Both the position numbers and the translations under genes were made by a program. DNA of 64,000 bases. Origin: an uncultured Chloroflexia bacterium (GTDB lineage Bacteria > Chloroflexota > Limnocylindria > Limnocylindrales > CSP1-4). Of the stretch, positions 20,964 to 30,275 are shown piece after piece. The stretch covers positions 64,001 to 128,000 of the forward strand of contig CAVVYR010000001.1 of NCBI GenBank assembly GCA_963752475.1, written 5' to 3'. The notes under the pieces were generated by a model. The model ran no database searches. It had not been told where the DNA came from and saw nothing but the letters and a program-made list of their open reading frames with translations. The first letter of the stretch is position 1. The number at the start of each line of letters is the position of its first letter.

Positions 20964-21972
20964 GACGCTGTTCATCCCCCTCCTCGTCATCGCCGCGCTG
21001 CTCATCTCGACCCTGCCGGTGGCGGCGCGTGGGCAGATCGCCATCGGCGTCTCCGATCCGCGCGGCTCGAACCTCACGGTGCTGCAGGACCACATGAAGC
21101 TGATGGGTGGCCAGAAGCCGGGGCTGTGGTCGCTTTGGAGCAACTGGGGCAGTCGGGGCGGCAGGTTCTCGTGCGTGCGTGGCCACGGCAACTGCGCCTT
21201 CCCGCTGGAGATGTCGCGGGAGCTGCTGAAGCGGGGCATCACGCCCGTCATCTGGTGGCAGCCGGTGAACCCGGCGCGCGCATCGAGCCCCAAGTTCTCG
21301 AGCTACAAGCGGATCATCCATCACAAGCACGACGCGTACATCCGGGCCTGGGCGCGCGACCTCAAGCGGGCCTCGCGGGCCAATGGCGGCCGACCCATCG
21401 TGGTTCGCTTCGCGCACGAGGCCACGGGCCACTGGTTCCCGTGGTCGATCGGCAAGCACGGCAACACGATCAAGAACTACAAGAAGGCCTGGCGCCACAT
21501 CGACCGCATCTTCCGGCAGGTCGGGGCCCGCAAGCACACCCGCTTCCTGTGGAGCAACTTCCTGCCCAAGCCCAAGGCGTACCCCGGTCACAAGGTCGTC
21601 GACTACGTCGGCGCCACGATCATGAACTACGGCAACTCCGGCGTGGAGGGCAAGCACAAGTGGACGAGCCTGCCCAAGCGGGTGAAGCGCGTGAACGCGC
21701 TGGCCCGGGAGTTCACCAGGAAGCCGCTCTTCCTCGTCGAGGTCGGGTCCAACCATCGCGGTGGCAGCAAGGCCAACTGGATCAGGAGTGGCTACCACAA
21801 GGTCTGGCGGAAGTACCCCAGGGTCAAGGCCATCATGTACCTCGACTCCGACCAACCGCACGAGAACGTGTCGCACCCCGACTGGCGCCTGGTGAAGCCG
21901 TGGGACGGCTCTGCTGTGCGGGCGTACCGGCAGGTCGCCAACTCGTGGAGGTTCAGGGGCCGCCTCAAGTAG
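20953..21972 (+). CDS. Secreted GH26-family protein, paralog 2 (K/R-rich)
   Basis: Signal peptide; RFAHEATGHWFPWS, YPG, LVEVGS, HPDWRL. Confidence 0.82.
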   Translation: MKRRTLFIPLLVIAALLISTLPVAARGQIAIGVSDPRGSNLTVLQDHMKLMGGQKPGLWSLWSNWGSRGGRFSCVRGHGNCAFPLEMSRELLKRGITPVIWWQPVNPARASSPKFSSYKRIIHHKHDAYIRAWARDLKRASRANGGRPIVVRFAHEATGHWFPWSIGKHGNTIKNYKKAWRHIDRIFRQVGARKHTRFLWSNFLPKPKAYPGHKVVDYVGATIMNYGNSGVEGKHKWTSLPKRVKRVNALAREFTRKPLFLVEVGSNHRGGSKANWIRSGYHKVWRKYPRVKAIMYLDSDQPHENVSHPDWRLVKPWDGSAVRAYRQVANSWRFRGRLK

Positions 21973-22111
21973 GCCCCCAAGTACCGACCGCGCCTAGGCC
22001 ATCCGTCATCAGGCCAAGAGCGCTCCTATCTGGGACGGTCCACACCTGAGTGCACCACTCCCCCCAACGGTGCACCCAGGACGGTCAAGTCCCCAGACAG
22101 GAGTCCATCCG

Positions 22112-23111
22112 GTGCGTCGCCTCTCCTTCATCCCGCTGCTGGTCATGCTCGCGGTCCTGTGTACGGCCTTGCCCAGCGCAGCGCGTGGCCCCATCGCCAT
22201 CGGCATCTCCGACCCCCGTGGTGGCAACCTCGCCGTCCTCGACCAGCACATCGCCCAGGTCGGTGCCAAGCCGGCGCTGTGGTCGCTGTGGAGCAACTGG
22301 GGCAGCCGCGGGGGGAGCGGCGTGTGCCGGGCCACGGCAGGCAGCTGTTCGTTCCCATCGGCCACGGCCAACGAGCTCCTGAAGCGTGGCATCACGCCCG
22401 TCATCTGGTGGCAGCCGGTCGATCCGGCACGCCCCGCGAACCGCCAACTACAACAGCTTCAAGCGCATCGCCCAAGGCAAGCACGACGCCTACATCTTCG
22501 CCTGGGCCAAGGCTCTGCGGCAGGTGTCGAAGAACAACGGCAACCGCTCGATCGTGGTCCGCTTCGCGCACGAGGCCTCGGGCAACTGGTTCCCGTGGTC
22601 CATCGGCAAGGCCGGCAACACGGTCAGCAACTACAAGGCCGCGTGGCGGCGCATCGATCGCATCTTCCGTCAGGCCGGCGCCAGGAACAACACCAAGTTC
22701 CTGTGGTCGAACCTGATGCCCTCACGGCTGCACTACCCAGGCGACCGCTACGTCGACTACATCGGCGCGACGGTCATGAACTACGGCAGGGCCCGGCAGT
22801 GGCGGTCGATGAACAAGGTCGTGACCAAGGTCGTCTCGCGTGCCCGCAAGTTCAGCCGGAAGCCCATCTTCCTCGCCGAGGTCGGCTCCAGCCACCAGGG
22901 CGGGAACAAGGCCGGCTGGATCAGGACCGGCTACCTGCAGACCTACAAGCGGTACCCACAGGTCAAGGCCATCATGTACCTCGACACGAACGCCCCGGCC
23001 CTGCGCGTCAAGCACCCCGACTGGCGCCTGCTCAAGCCGGCTGGTAGCTCGGCCGTGGCGGCCTATCGCGCGCTCGCCAAGTCGCCCAAGTTCAGGGGTC
23101 GCATCAAGTAG
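22112..23111 (+). CDS. Secreted GH26-family protein, paralog 3 (single frameshift near 22440)
   Basis: N-terminal half in ORF 22070 frame (WSLWSNWGSRGG, GITPVIWWQP), C-terminal half in ORF 22386 frame (RFAHEASGNWFPWS, LAEVGS). Confidence 0.8.
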
Positions 23112-23179
23112 GCGCAGCGCCACGGCAAGTAGGCGCAGCGCCACGGCAAGTAGGCGCAGCGCCACGGCAAGTAGGCGCA
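23105..23179 (+). repeat. 21-bp tandem repeat (CAAGTAGGCGCAGCGCCACGG x3 plus a partial copy) overlapping the GH26 stop codon
   Basis: Read directly; identical units with no spacers. Confidence 0.95.
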
Positions 23180-23284
23180 ACACTCCCGACCAAGCGGAAC
23201 ACACTGGCGTCGGCCGGCCAGGTGCGTCACTGGCTGCCAGGACTCGGGCTGCGACGCGGACGGGCATCGCACTGGTGGCCAGTC

Positions 23285-23446
23285 GTCGCCTGAGCCGACC
23301 GTAGTCGACCTGGTAGCCACCTTCAGCGACGCCGAGCCACCGGCCGCCGCAGATCCCGTGCGTGCCAGGGCATAGTGGATCGACCCGGGGCCTGCCGAGG
23401 GCGATGATCCGGTTCACGATGTCAGCCTACGGTCGGCTCAGGCGAC
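23285..23446. repeat. 20-bp perfect inverted repeat pair (REPIN/MITE-like or structured RNA)
   Basis: GTCGCCTGAGCCGACCGTAG (23285-23304) and CTACGGTCGGCTCAGGCGAC (23427-23446). Confidence 0.85.
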
Positions 23447-23548
23447 ACCTGTCTACAAGGAACGACCAGACCGGCCGATAGCGTCGCTCCCACCGACGAG
23501 TGACCACCAGACGCCGGTGGCAGCGTGCCACGAAGCGCGATGCACGAG

Positions 23549-25390
23549 CTAGAAGCTCTCGTTGTAACGCTTGAAGAGGGCAAGGTCGAGCCGGTTCAGC
23601 TGACGTAGTCGTTTGCGCACGGGCTTGGGCGGATCGAACGAGTCTTCCCCGGCGGGATCGGCGTTGACCACCCCGAAGGACGGCAGCGTCAGGCCCATGG
23701 CGTCGCCCAACAGGATGGCGCTGCGCCGCATGTTGCTGCGCATCAGGACCGCGTCGAAGTCCGACTCGATGTGGGCGATGGCCTCCTCGAGCATGTCGTC
23801 CGTACATTCGCCGAAGGGCACGTCGGGGCGACCCGAGATCGTCCTGACCATGGCGTTGTCGGCCTCGATACGGCGACCGTCGAAGACCCACGACTCGAGC
23901 GACGGCCCAGGCTTCCCGGCCGCCCGATAGAGCGAGAGGATCCGGCCGATGGGGTGGCGCAGCATCACCGCATACCGCGCCGGGTCCGTCAGCTGGTCAT
24001 GCAGTCCGTAGCCGAAGTCGCCGACGATCACCGTCAACCCGCCACGGTCGGCGAACCTGGAGGCGGTGGGCCCGTAGGCCTCGGCGTACTCCCCTGCCGG
24101 CACCGTCGAGCGCAGGGCCTCGCGTACGGCCCCGCCGCCGCTGCGTGGGATGTGCATGAAGAGCAGCGTGGGGTGGTCGGCCGCCCGCGTCGATGCCTGG
24201 GCCGCAAGGTGTTCGCGCAGCGGCTCGAGACGGCGAGCGACCTCGTCGACCAGATGCCCCAGGCCGGCCTCGCCAAGGCCCTCGAGGATGTGTTCCACCG
24301 AACCGATGCCGAGGTGGCCGGGTCGTGCTGCCTGCGTCTCGGCCCAACGCAGGACGTCGGCATCACGCGCTCTGTTCCAGGCGGCCTCGTCCCAGGTCGG
24401 CCGCAGATCGGTGCCACGACGTGCGAAGGACTCGATGAGTCGGTCGGGGTCAGCCACCGAGAGACCCTTGGGCAACGCCGGCCGACCCGTCGGCAGGATG
24501 CCGTGGACGAGCTTCGTGGCCACCTCGTCATAGGCCAGGCCGCGAACGCGGGGGCGCAGGTTGGCCGCTGCGAGGTGGGTGCCTGGTCGGCGCTCGAGCA
24601 CACCCAGGTCGGCTTCGATGCGACCCAGCAACTGGAGCGCATGCAGGGCCGAACCCTCCGCCATCACGACGTTGGAAGCGGCACGGTAGTTCCGCAACTG
24701 CTCGGGCAGTGACTGGGCCTCCGGTCGAAGCACACGCACGCCGGCCGCACGCAGGGAATCCTCGAGATAGGGCTCGCCCGCGAAGCGCGCCTCCATCCCC
24801 GCACGCGAGACGTAGAGCAGCCCGTCCGTGCTCGCCGGCCGGCCGAGGCGTTCATGGCCCAACGCGTCGAGGGCGTCGAGATAGCCGACGTCAGGGCCGG
24901 GTCCACCCAGCTGCTCTGCCTGAGGAGCCACGAAGAGCTCCGCCACCCGGGTCGGCACGGCGATGATGCGAACGCGCTCAGGGGGCACACCGAACCAGTC
25001 GAGGATCGCGCGGAACCAGGCCGGAGCCGTGTCCAGATCGGCATAGCCGAGGTCCGGTCGGGAGGCGAAGGCAACGGGCAGGTCCGGCCGCGCCCGGACG
25101 GTCGCCACGAGACGGGTCGAGAAGTCAGCCACCTGATGCCCGAAAGCGTCTGCGATGGCGCCGCCCCAGGCCATCGGTCCGGCTTCGACGAGCGGGCCTT
25201 CGGGGTCGGCCGGCCGAACATCGACCGGCTGACCTGCACGTCGGTGACGTGGCCTGACCTGTTCGTCCCAGTCGGGCCAGATGGGGCCACCGCGATGGAT
25301 CTCACCGTCTCTCCAGCGGTCGAGCAGGTCGGAGTACGGCACGACCACCACATCGCGGAAGGTCTCGCCGTTGGGTGCTCCGTCAGTCAT
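23549..25390 (-). CDS. GT61/DUF563-like domain fused to a C-terminal sulfotransferase family 2 domain
   Basis: FGHQVADF, LYVSR, LRPEAQSLPEQL..Y..A..V..EGSALH; then LFMHIPRSGG, LRHPIGRILSLY, LNRLD. Confidence 0.75.
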   Translation of the reverse strand: MTDGAPNGETFRDVVVVPYSDLLDRWRDGEIHRGGPIWPDWDEQVRPRHRRAGQPVDVRPADPEGPLVEAGPMAWGGAIADAFGHQVADFSTRLVATVRARPDLPVAFASRPDLGYADLDTAPAWFRAILDWFGVPPERVRIIAVPTRVAELFVAPQAEQLGGPGPDVGYLDALDALGHERLGRPASTDGLLYVSRAGMEARFAGEPYLEDSLRAAGVRVLRPEAQSLPEQLRNYRAASNVVMAEGSALHALQLLGRIEADLGVLERRPGTHLAAANLRPRVRGLAYDEVATKLVHGILPTGRPALPKGLSVADPDRLIESFARRGTDLRPTWDEAAWNRARDADVLRWAETQAARPGHLGIGSVEHILEGLGEAGLGHLVDEVARRLEPLREHLAAQASTRAADHPTLLFMHIPRSGGGAVREALRSTVPAGEYAEAYGPTASRFADRGGLTVIVGDFGYGLHDQLTDPARYAVMLRHPIGRILSLYRAAGKPGPSLESWVFDGRRIEADNAMVRTISGRPDVPFGECTDDMLEEAIAHIESDFDAVLMRSNMRRSAILLGDAMGLTLPSFGVVNADPAGEDSFDPPKPVRKRLRQLNRLDLALFKRYNESF

Positions 25391-25484
25391 GGTCGCGAGT
25401 GTGGCATCGATCGGCGTCCGCATCCTGCCCGGAGCCCCCACGCGGAGGGACCGAGGCCGGCGCCCGGCGGAATAGACTGTATGC

Positions 25485-26132
25485 ATGCGAGGAGACGTCA
25501 TCCTCATCGAGGAGGAGCACCGTCGCGCCGCCAAGCGCATCGTCGATGCCCTCGTCGACACCATCAGGTCAACCGAGCGGCCGTTCACCCTGACCGTCGC
25601 CGGCGAATCGGGCAGCGGGAAGTCGGAGACCGGACAGGCGCTGGCCGAGGCCCTCGATGCGCACGGGCTCCGGACGGTGGTCCTGCAGCAGGACGACTAC
25701 TACGTCCTCCCACCCAAGTCCAACGCTGCGGCACGGAGGGCGAACTTCTGTTGGGTCGGGACCACGGAGGTCCGCCTCGACCTGCTCGATTCGCACCTCG
25801 AGGCAGCACAGACGGGTGCCGCCTCGATGGTCAAGCCGCTGGTGATCTTCGACGAGGACCGCATCGACGAGGAGACCGTCTCGTACGAGGGCGTGGATGT
25901 CGTGATCGCGGAGGGCGTGTACACGTCGTTGTGCGACCACGTCGACCGGCGGATCTTCATCGACCGCAGTCGCCTTGAGACGCTGCAACATCGTCTCAAG
26001 CGCGGCCGCGAGGAGACCGACGCCTTCCTCGAGCGAGTCCTCACGAAGGAACACGAGATCATCGCGCCGCATCGAGCCCGCGCCGACATCGTCATCACCC
26101 GCGACTATGACGTCGAGTTCGTGAGGGCATGA
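25485..26132 (+). CDS. Uridine kinase/phosphoribulokinase-family P-loop kinase
   Basis: VAGESGSGKSET, QDDYY, VIAEGVY, ADIVI. Confidence 0.75.
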   Translation: MRGDVILIEEEHRRAAKRIVDALVDTIRSTERPFTLTVAGESGSGKSETGQALAEALDAHGLRTVVLQQDDYYVLPPKSNAAARRANFCWVGTTEVRLDLLDSHLEAAQTGAASMVKPLVIFDEDRIDEETVSYEGVDVVIAEGVYTSLCDHVDRRIFIDRSRLETLQHRLKRGREETDAFLERVLTKEHEIIAPHRARADIVITRDYDVEFVRA

Positions 26133-26142
26133 TCGCCGCGCC

Positions 26143-27051
26143 TCAGATACCGTCCGGGCGGATCTCCTCCAGGATGGAGCGCGCCAGCTCGGCTGAGGCG
26201 GCCTCGAAGGTCGTCCGCTTGTCAGGTTCGCTGTAGACGAAGTCACCACACATCTCGAACCCGCCCATCAGCCCCTTGGCCGAGGCGTGGCTGCGGCGGG
26301 TGTCTCGAGGAAAGACGTGGATGGTCGGCGTGGTCGGCGGGCCGGCCACGAGGGCATTGACCCGATGGTGCGCCGGGTCCTGCCGACGCCAGTCAGCGAC
26401 GAAGTCCAGGGCCGGTCGGCGTCCGGCGGAGAACCGTCGAAGGGCGGTCGGGTAGCGGTCCTCGAACCCGTCAGGCAGCTCCTCTACGGGAAACGGCTCT
26501 CGGCTCGTCTGGAGGTGGAGATGCCAGGGGATGGACGCACCACCATGTGGCGCGTTGTAGATGACCCGGTACTGGCCGCCGGTCTGGGCGTGGAGGTCGA
26601 GCATCGCCGCCAGCGTGTGCTCGGTGAACTCCTGGTCCCGATGCTCAGCGGTCATGACGGTGAAGTGCCCCTGGGCGATCCAGGCGAAGTTGGCCCCGGC
26701 GTAGTAGTCGTGTCCGGCGAGGCGAAGCGGCACCAGCTCTTCCTTCGGATTGCTCACCCGGATATTGCCGGCGCAGAGGAAACAGAAGCGCCCGGGAGGG
26801 TCGCGCGGATCGCGGAACAGCTCGGCGTCACCACGGTCGGTGCTGACGATGCCCCGGGCCTCCAGCTCAGCCAGGTCGGCGCGCAACTCCCGGTGCGGCA
26901 GCCAGCGGAATCGGAAGGCCACGCCCGAGATCGGGTCGTCCACCTCGCGGACCTCGATCTCGTCCGCAGCGGGGAGCAGGAAGCCGACCCGGCCCTGGTC
27001 CCGCCAGACCCGGTCGAGCACGGTCGCCAGCGGTTCAGCCGGCGTCGGCAT
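26143..27051 (-). CDS. HIT/GalT-like nucleotidyltransferase (DUF4922 / Ap4A phosphorylase / GDP-glucose phosphorylase-like)
   Basis: CFLC..N, HFTVM..H..Q, YNAPHGGASIPWHLHLQ. Confidence 0.65.
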   Translation of the reverse strand: MPTPAEPLATVLDRVWRDQGRVGFLLPAADEIEVREVDDPISGVAFRFRWLPHRELRADLAELEARGIVSTDRGDAELFRDPRDPPGRFCFLCAGNIRVSNPKEELVPLRLAGHDYYAGANFAWIAQGHFTVMTAEHRDQEFTEHTLAAMLDLHAQTGGQYRVIYNAPHGGASIPWHLHLQTSREPFPVEELPDGFEDRYPTALRRFSAGRRPALDFVADWRRQDPAHHRVNALVAGPPTTPTIHVFPRDTRRSHASAKGLMGGFEMCGDFVYSEPDKRTTFEAASAELARSILEEIRPDGI

Positions 27052-28410
27052 CGGTCTCCGTCCGAGCACCAAACCCCAGGTCGTCGAGGAGGTCGCGGGT
27101 GCGGTGCGCCCACGTGAAGTACGGGATGGTGATCTCCAGCGCCCTCTGCCCCATCTGGTCGCGCAGCGCATCATCGCTGAGCAGCATCGTGAGGGCGCGG
27201 GCGAAACCGTCGATGTCGTCGGCCGGTACCACGATGGCCGCGTCCCCCGCCAGCAGGTCACCGCCAGGCTCGCTCTCGAGACGCTTCGCCGCCGGGCCGA
27301 GGAGGTACTCGGTCACGAAGGGCACGAGATCCGAGGCCACCGTGGGCACCGCCGTCGCTGCTGCCTCCTGCGCACTCATGCCGAACCCCTCCATGACCGA
27401 GGGGGTGCAGTACACCGCGGCCGCGGCGTACAGACACGGAAGTTGCTCCCAGACGGACCCCAGGGTGATCACGTCACGCTCCAGGCTCAGCTCACCGATC
27501 AGCGCGACGACCTCCTCGTACGCCTGGCCGCCTCGATCATCGAGCGCGACCACGAGCAGGCTGTCGGGGATACGCTCGCGCACCTGTGCATAGGCCTGGA
27601 CCAGGACGTCCTTGCGCTTGGTGCGGTCGGTCCGGCTGATCTCCAGGATGATCCGGCGCGTCCGTAGTTCGGATGCCGAGAAGGGCGAGGACTGGGCCAG
27701 GAAGTCCCACACCGCGTCGCACTCACGAGGCGCTCGGGGGTGGTACCGATCGGGATCGACGCATGGGGGCAGGAAGTAGCGGGGTTGGTACCCGTAGTCG
27801 TCGACGAAGCTGTCACGGATGGCGCTCGACGTCGCCACCGCGCCGTCGATCCGCTCGAGCAGGGCACGCTCGTGGGCGATCCGCTCGTCGATGCGGATGT
27901 CGGCCCAGCTCGAGGGGTCGGTGTTCCGCTTCTTCAGCGCGCCCAGGGAGTGGGGCACCCAGATGTGGGGCACGTCGCGCCCTGAGAGCTCGTTCAGCGC
28001 GACGCCGATCGATGCTGCGTCCCAGTAGTGGGAGATGACGAGGTCGTAGCCGGAGCCCTCATCGGCCAGCTTGCGATGGAGGTCGGCGGCCAGTGGGGCG
28101 ACGTGCTCATCCATGTCCTCCTTGCGCACGAACGCCGGTGTGCCGTCCTCGATGTAGAGGATGCGGGCCCTTCCTGAAGGGTGGTCCACGACGCCGGTCT
28201 GCATGTCGCCGCTGACCGGGTGCGGATAGCCACCCCGGTTGACGATCGTGACCCGGTAGCCCTGCTCGATGAGCGCGTCGGTGAACTGGTTCACGTACAC
28301 GTTCTGGCCGCCGGTGTCCGGCATCCCGGGCGTCACCTGCCACTCGTGCACGCCGTGGTTGGTGATCATGAGGATGTGCCGGTCCCGGGGTAGATTTCGT
28401 GAAGGGTCAT
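27035..28410 (-). CDS. GT4 glycosyltransferase, sucrose-phosphate/mannosylfructose-phosphate synthase-like (probable frameshift near the start)
   Basis: NHG..PDTGGQNVYV, FVRKE, SHYWDA, PHSLGALK, RI..E, SRTD..K, EGFGM..QEA. Confidence 0.8.
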
Positions 28411-29335
28411 GCCGGATACACGTCTGCGAATGGCACCGGATCGATGATCTCACCGACGAACTCGGCCATGCTCCGAACCATCGTGGAAGCCGATCACCTG
28501 CCACTGCCCGGCCCGGTCCCTGACGAGCCGCGCTGCGTACAGGTCAGGCACAGCCAGCGGCCGCGCCCCGGCGATGTCCCATGGCCCCAGCAGCGACTCC
28601 CCGACGGCCACGAAGGAGGTGTCGCCTGGCTCTCGCCGGGTGTCGCTGCGGACGACGCCGGGAACCGATCGGCGGCCACCGAGAACAGCAGAACCGGCTT
28701 GCCATCGACGATCTCGACCTGCGGCACCTCGAGATGGCCGAAATGCCCGGCTCGGACAACGGTGGTCGCACCTCCCACGTGATCAGGTCCGGCCGACCAC
28801 GCGTGCCCGATGACTCCCCGTGCGTCGGCCGGACCGCGGTTGGCGCGGGCGGTGATGAGGGCGTGGAAGCCGTCACCACCAGGATCACGGGTCGATCCAC
28901 GGGTCACGCCAGGCGTCATGCTCGACTCGCTCATACCAGCGAGGGTCCAGCTCGATGAGGGGATTGCGCGGGTGCTTGACCCAGGTGGAGAGGTCGGTCG
29001 ACGTGGCCAGCCCAATGCGCTGATCGACCCCGTCGGGCACAGCCCTCCCACCGGTGTACAGCCAGTACCACGTGCCCTCATGTTCGATGACCGAGCCGGT
29101 CCAGGTGGCCATGTCCTCCCACGAGCCCGCTGGCCCGGGCCCGAGTGCGTCAGGCTCAAGCACGCGCCAGTCGCGCAGGTCGGTCGAGACCGCATGGCCA
29201 ACGGTGGCGTGCCAGTGTCGATCGGACTGATCGCTCCAGCGAGCGCGGCGCCTGCAGGTAGAAGAGGTGGAACTCCCGGCCGGTATCAGCGATCCAGGAG
29301 TCCCAGACCCACTCATCCTCGAGCTTGAGGGCCAC
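28407..29335 (-). pseudogene. GH32-like five-bladed beta-propeller hydrolase with multiple frameshifts (pseudogene or sequencing error)
   Basis: WVWDSW, HLFYLQA, GHAVSTDL..W, WTGSV, IGLATSTDL, WRDPW, LEVPQ in different frames. Confidence 0.7.
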
Positions 29336-29338
29336 CCC

Positions 29339-30274
29339 CTAGCCCTTCACGCCACTGGCCGCGATCGATTCGACGAACGTGCGCTGGATCGCCAGGAACA
29401 GGATCAGGACGGGGATGGTGATGAGCGTGAGGTAGGCCATGAGCTCACCCCAGGGCGTGTTCATCTGGAAGAAGAACGAGACGCCCACCATCACCGGTCT
29501 GGAAGCCTCGGTCTGGGTCACCATCAGCGGCCACAGGTATGAGTTCCAGATGGGCAGGAACGTGAGGATCGCCACCGTCGCGGTGACCGGCCCAGAGAGG
29601 GGCATGATGATCCGCCGGTAGATGGTGAAGAAGCCCGCGCCATCGATGCGCGCAGCCTCGTCAAGCTCCACGGGTAGCGACTTGAAGAACTGCACGAACA
29701 GGAAGATCGAGAAGGCATTGGCCATGAACGGCAAGATCTGCACCTGGTACGTGTCCAGCCAGCCCGTCTCGAGAACGGGCATTCCGCCTTCGAATGCCAG
29801 CGTCGGCAGCCGGCTGACCATGAACAGCAGCGGGATGGCGATGGTCTCGAAGGGCACGATGAGGGTGGCGATGATGATGGTCAGGGCCAGCCCGCGCCCG
29901 CGCCAGTTCATGCGCGCGATGGCGAAGCCGGCCATGCTGTTGATGATGATGCCGAAGGTCACCGTCACCGCGGACACGAGGATGGAGTTGAAGAGGAAGC
30001 GGGCTGCCGGCACCCGCTCGAAGACACCCTCGTAGTTCTCGAGCGAGATGTCGCCCACGGGCAGGAAGGCGCGGATGGAGTTCGTGTCGGACAGCAGCTG
30101 CAGGTCCGGCTTCAGCGAAGACACGAACATGTAGACGACCGGGAAGAGGAACAGGAAGGCCAGGAAGATCATGGCGGCATAGCGACCGACCAGGTTCCAG
30201 TCGGGGCCGGAGCGCCCGGTGTTCGAGTCAGACCCGCTGGGCGGGGTCGGGGCCGTCGTCTCATTCATGGCCAT
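29339..30274 (-). CDS. Carbohydrate ABC transporter permease (MalG-like)
   Basis: ELDEAARIDGAG EAA motif, WNSYLWPL, multiple TMs. Confidence 0.92.
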   Translation of the reverse strand: MAMNETTAPTPPSGSDSNTGRSGPDWNLVGRYAAMIFLAFLFLFPVVYMFVSSLKPDLQLLSDTNSIRAFLPVGDISLENYEGVFERVPAARFLFNSILVSAVTVTFGIIINSMAGFAIARMNWRGRGLALTIIIATLIVPFETIAIPLLFMVSRLPTLAFEGGMPVLETGWLDTYQVQILPFMANAFSIFLFVQFFKSLPVELDEAARIDGAGFFTIYRRIIMPLSGPVTATVAILTFLPIWNSYLWPLMVTQTEASRPVMVGVSFFFQMNTPWGELMAYLTLITIPVLILFLAIQRTFVESIAASGVKG

Positions 30275-30275
30275 A

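Noticed and set aside
22430-22450. Phase-variable frameshift in GH26 paralog 3
   Set aside because: No long homopolymer or simple repeat at the break; an isolated indel error is more plausible
23105-23179. Possible CRISPR array
   Set aside because: Units are contiguous and identical with no unique spacers, and no cas genes are present
22722-23417. 231-aa minus-strand ORF with LLAVALR repeats
   Set aside because: It is the translation of the 21-bp tandem repeat plus the antisense of GH26-3
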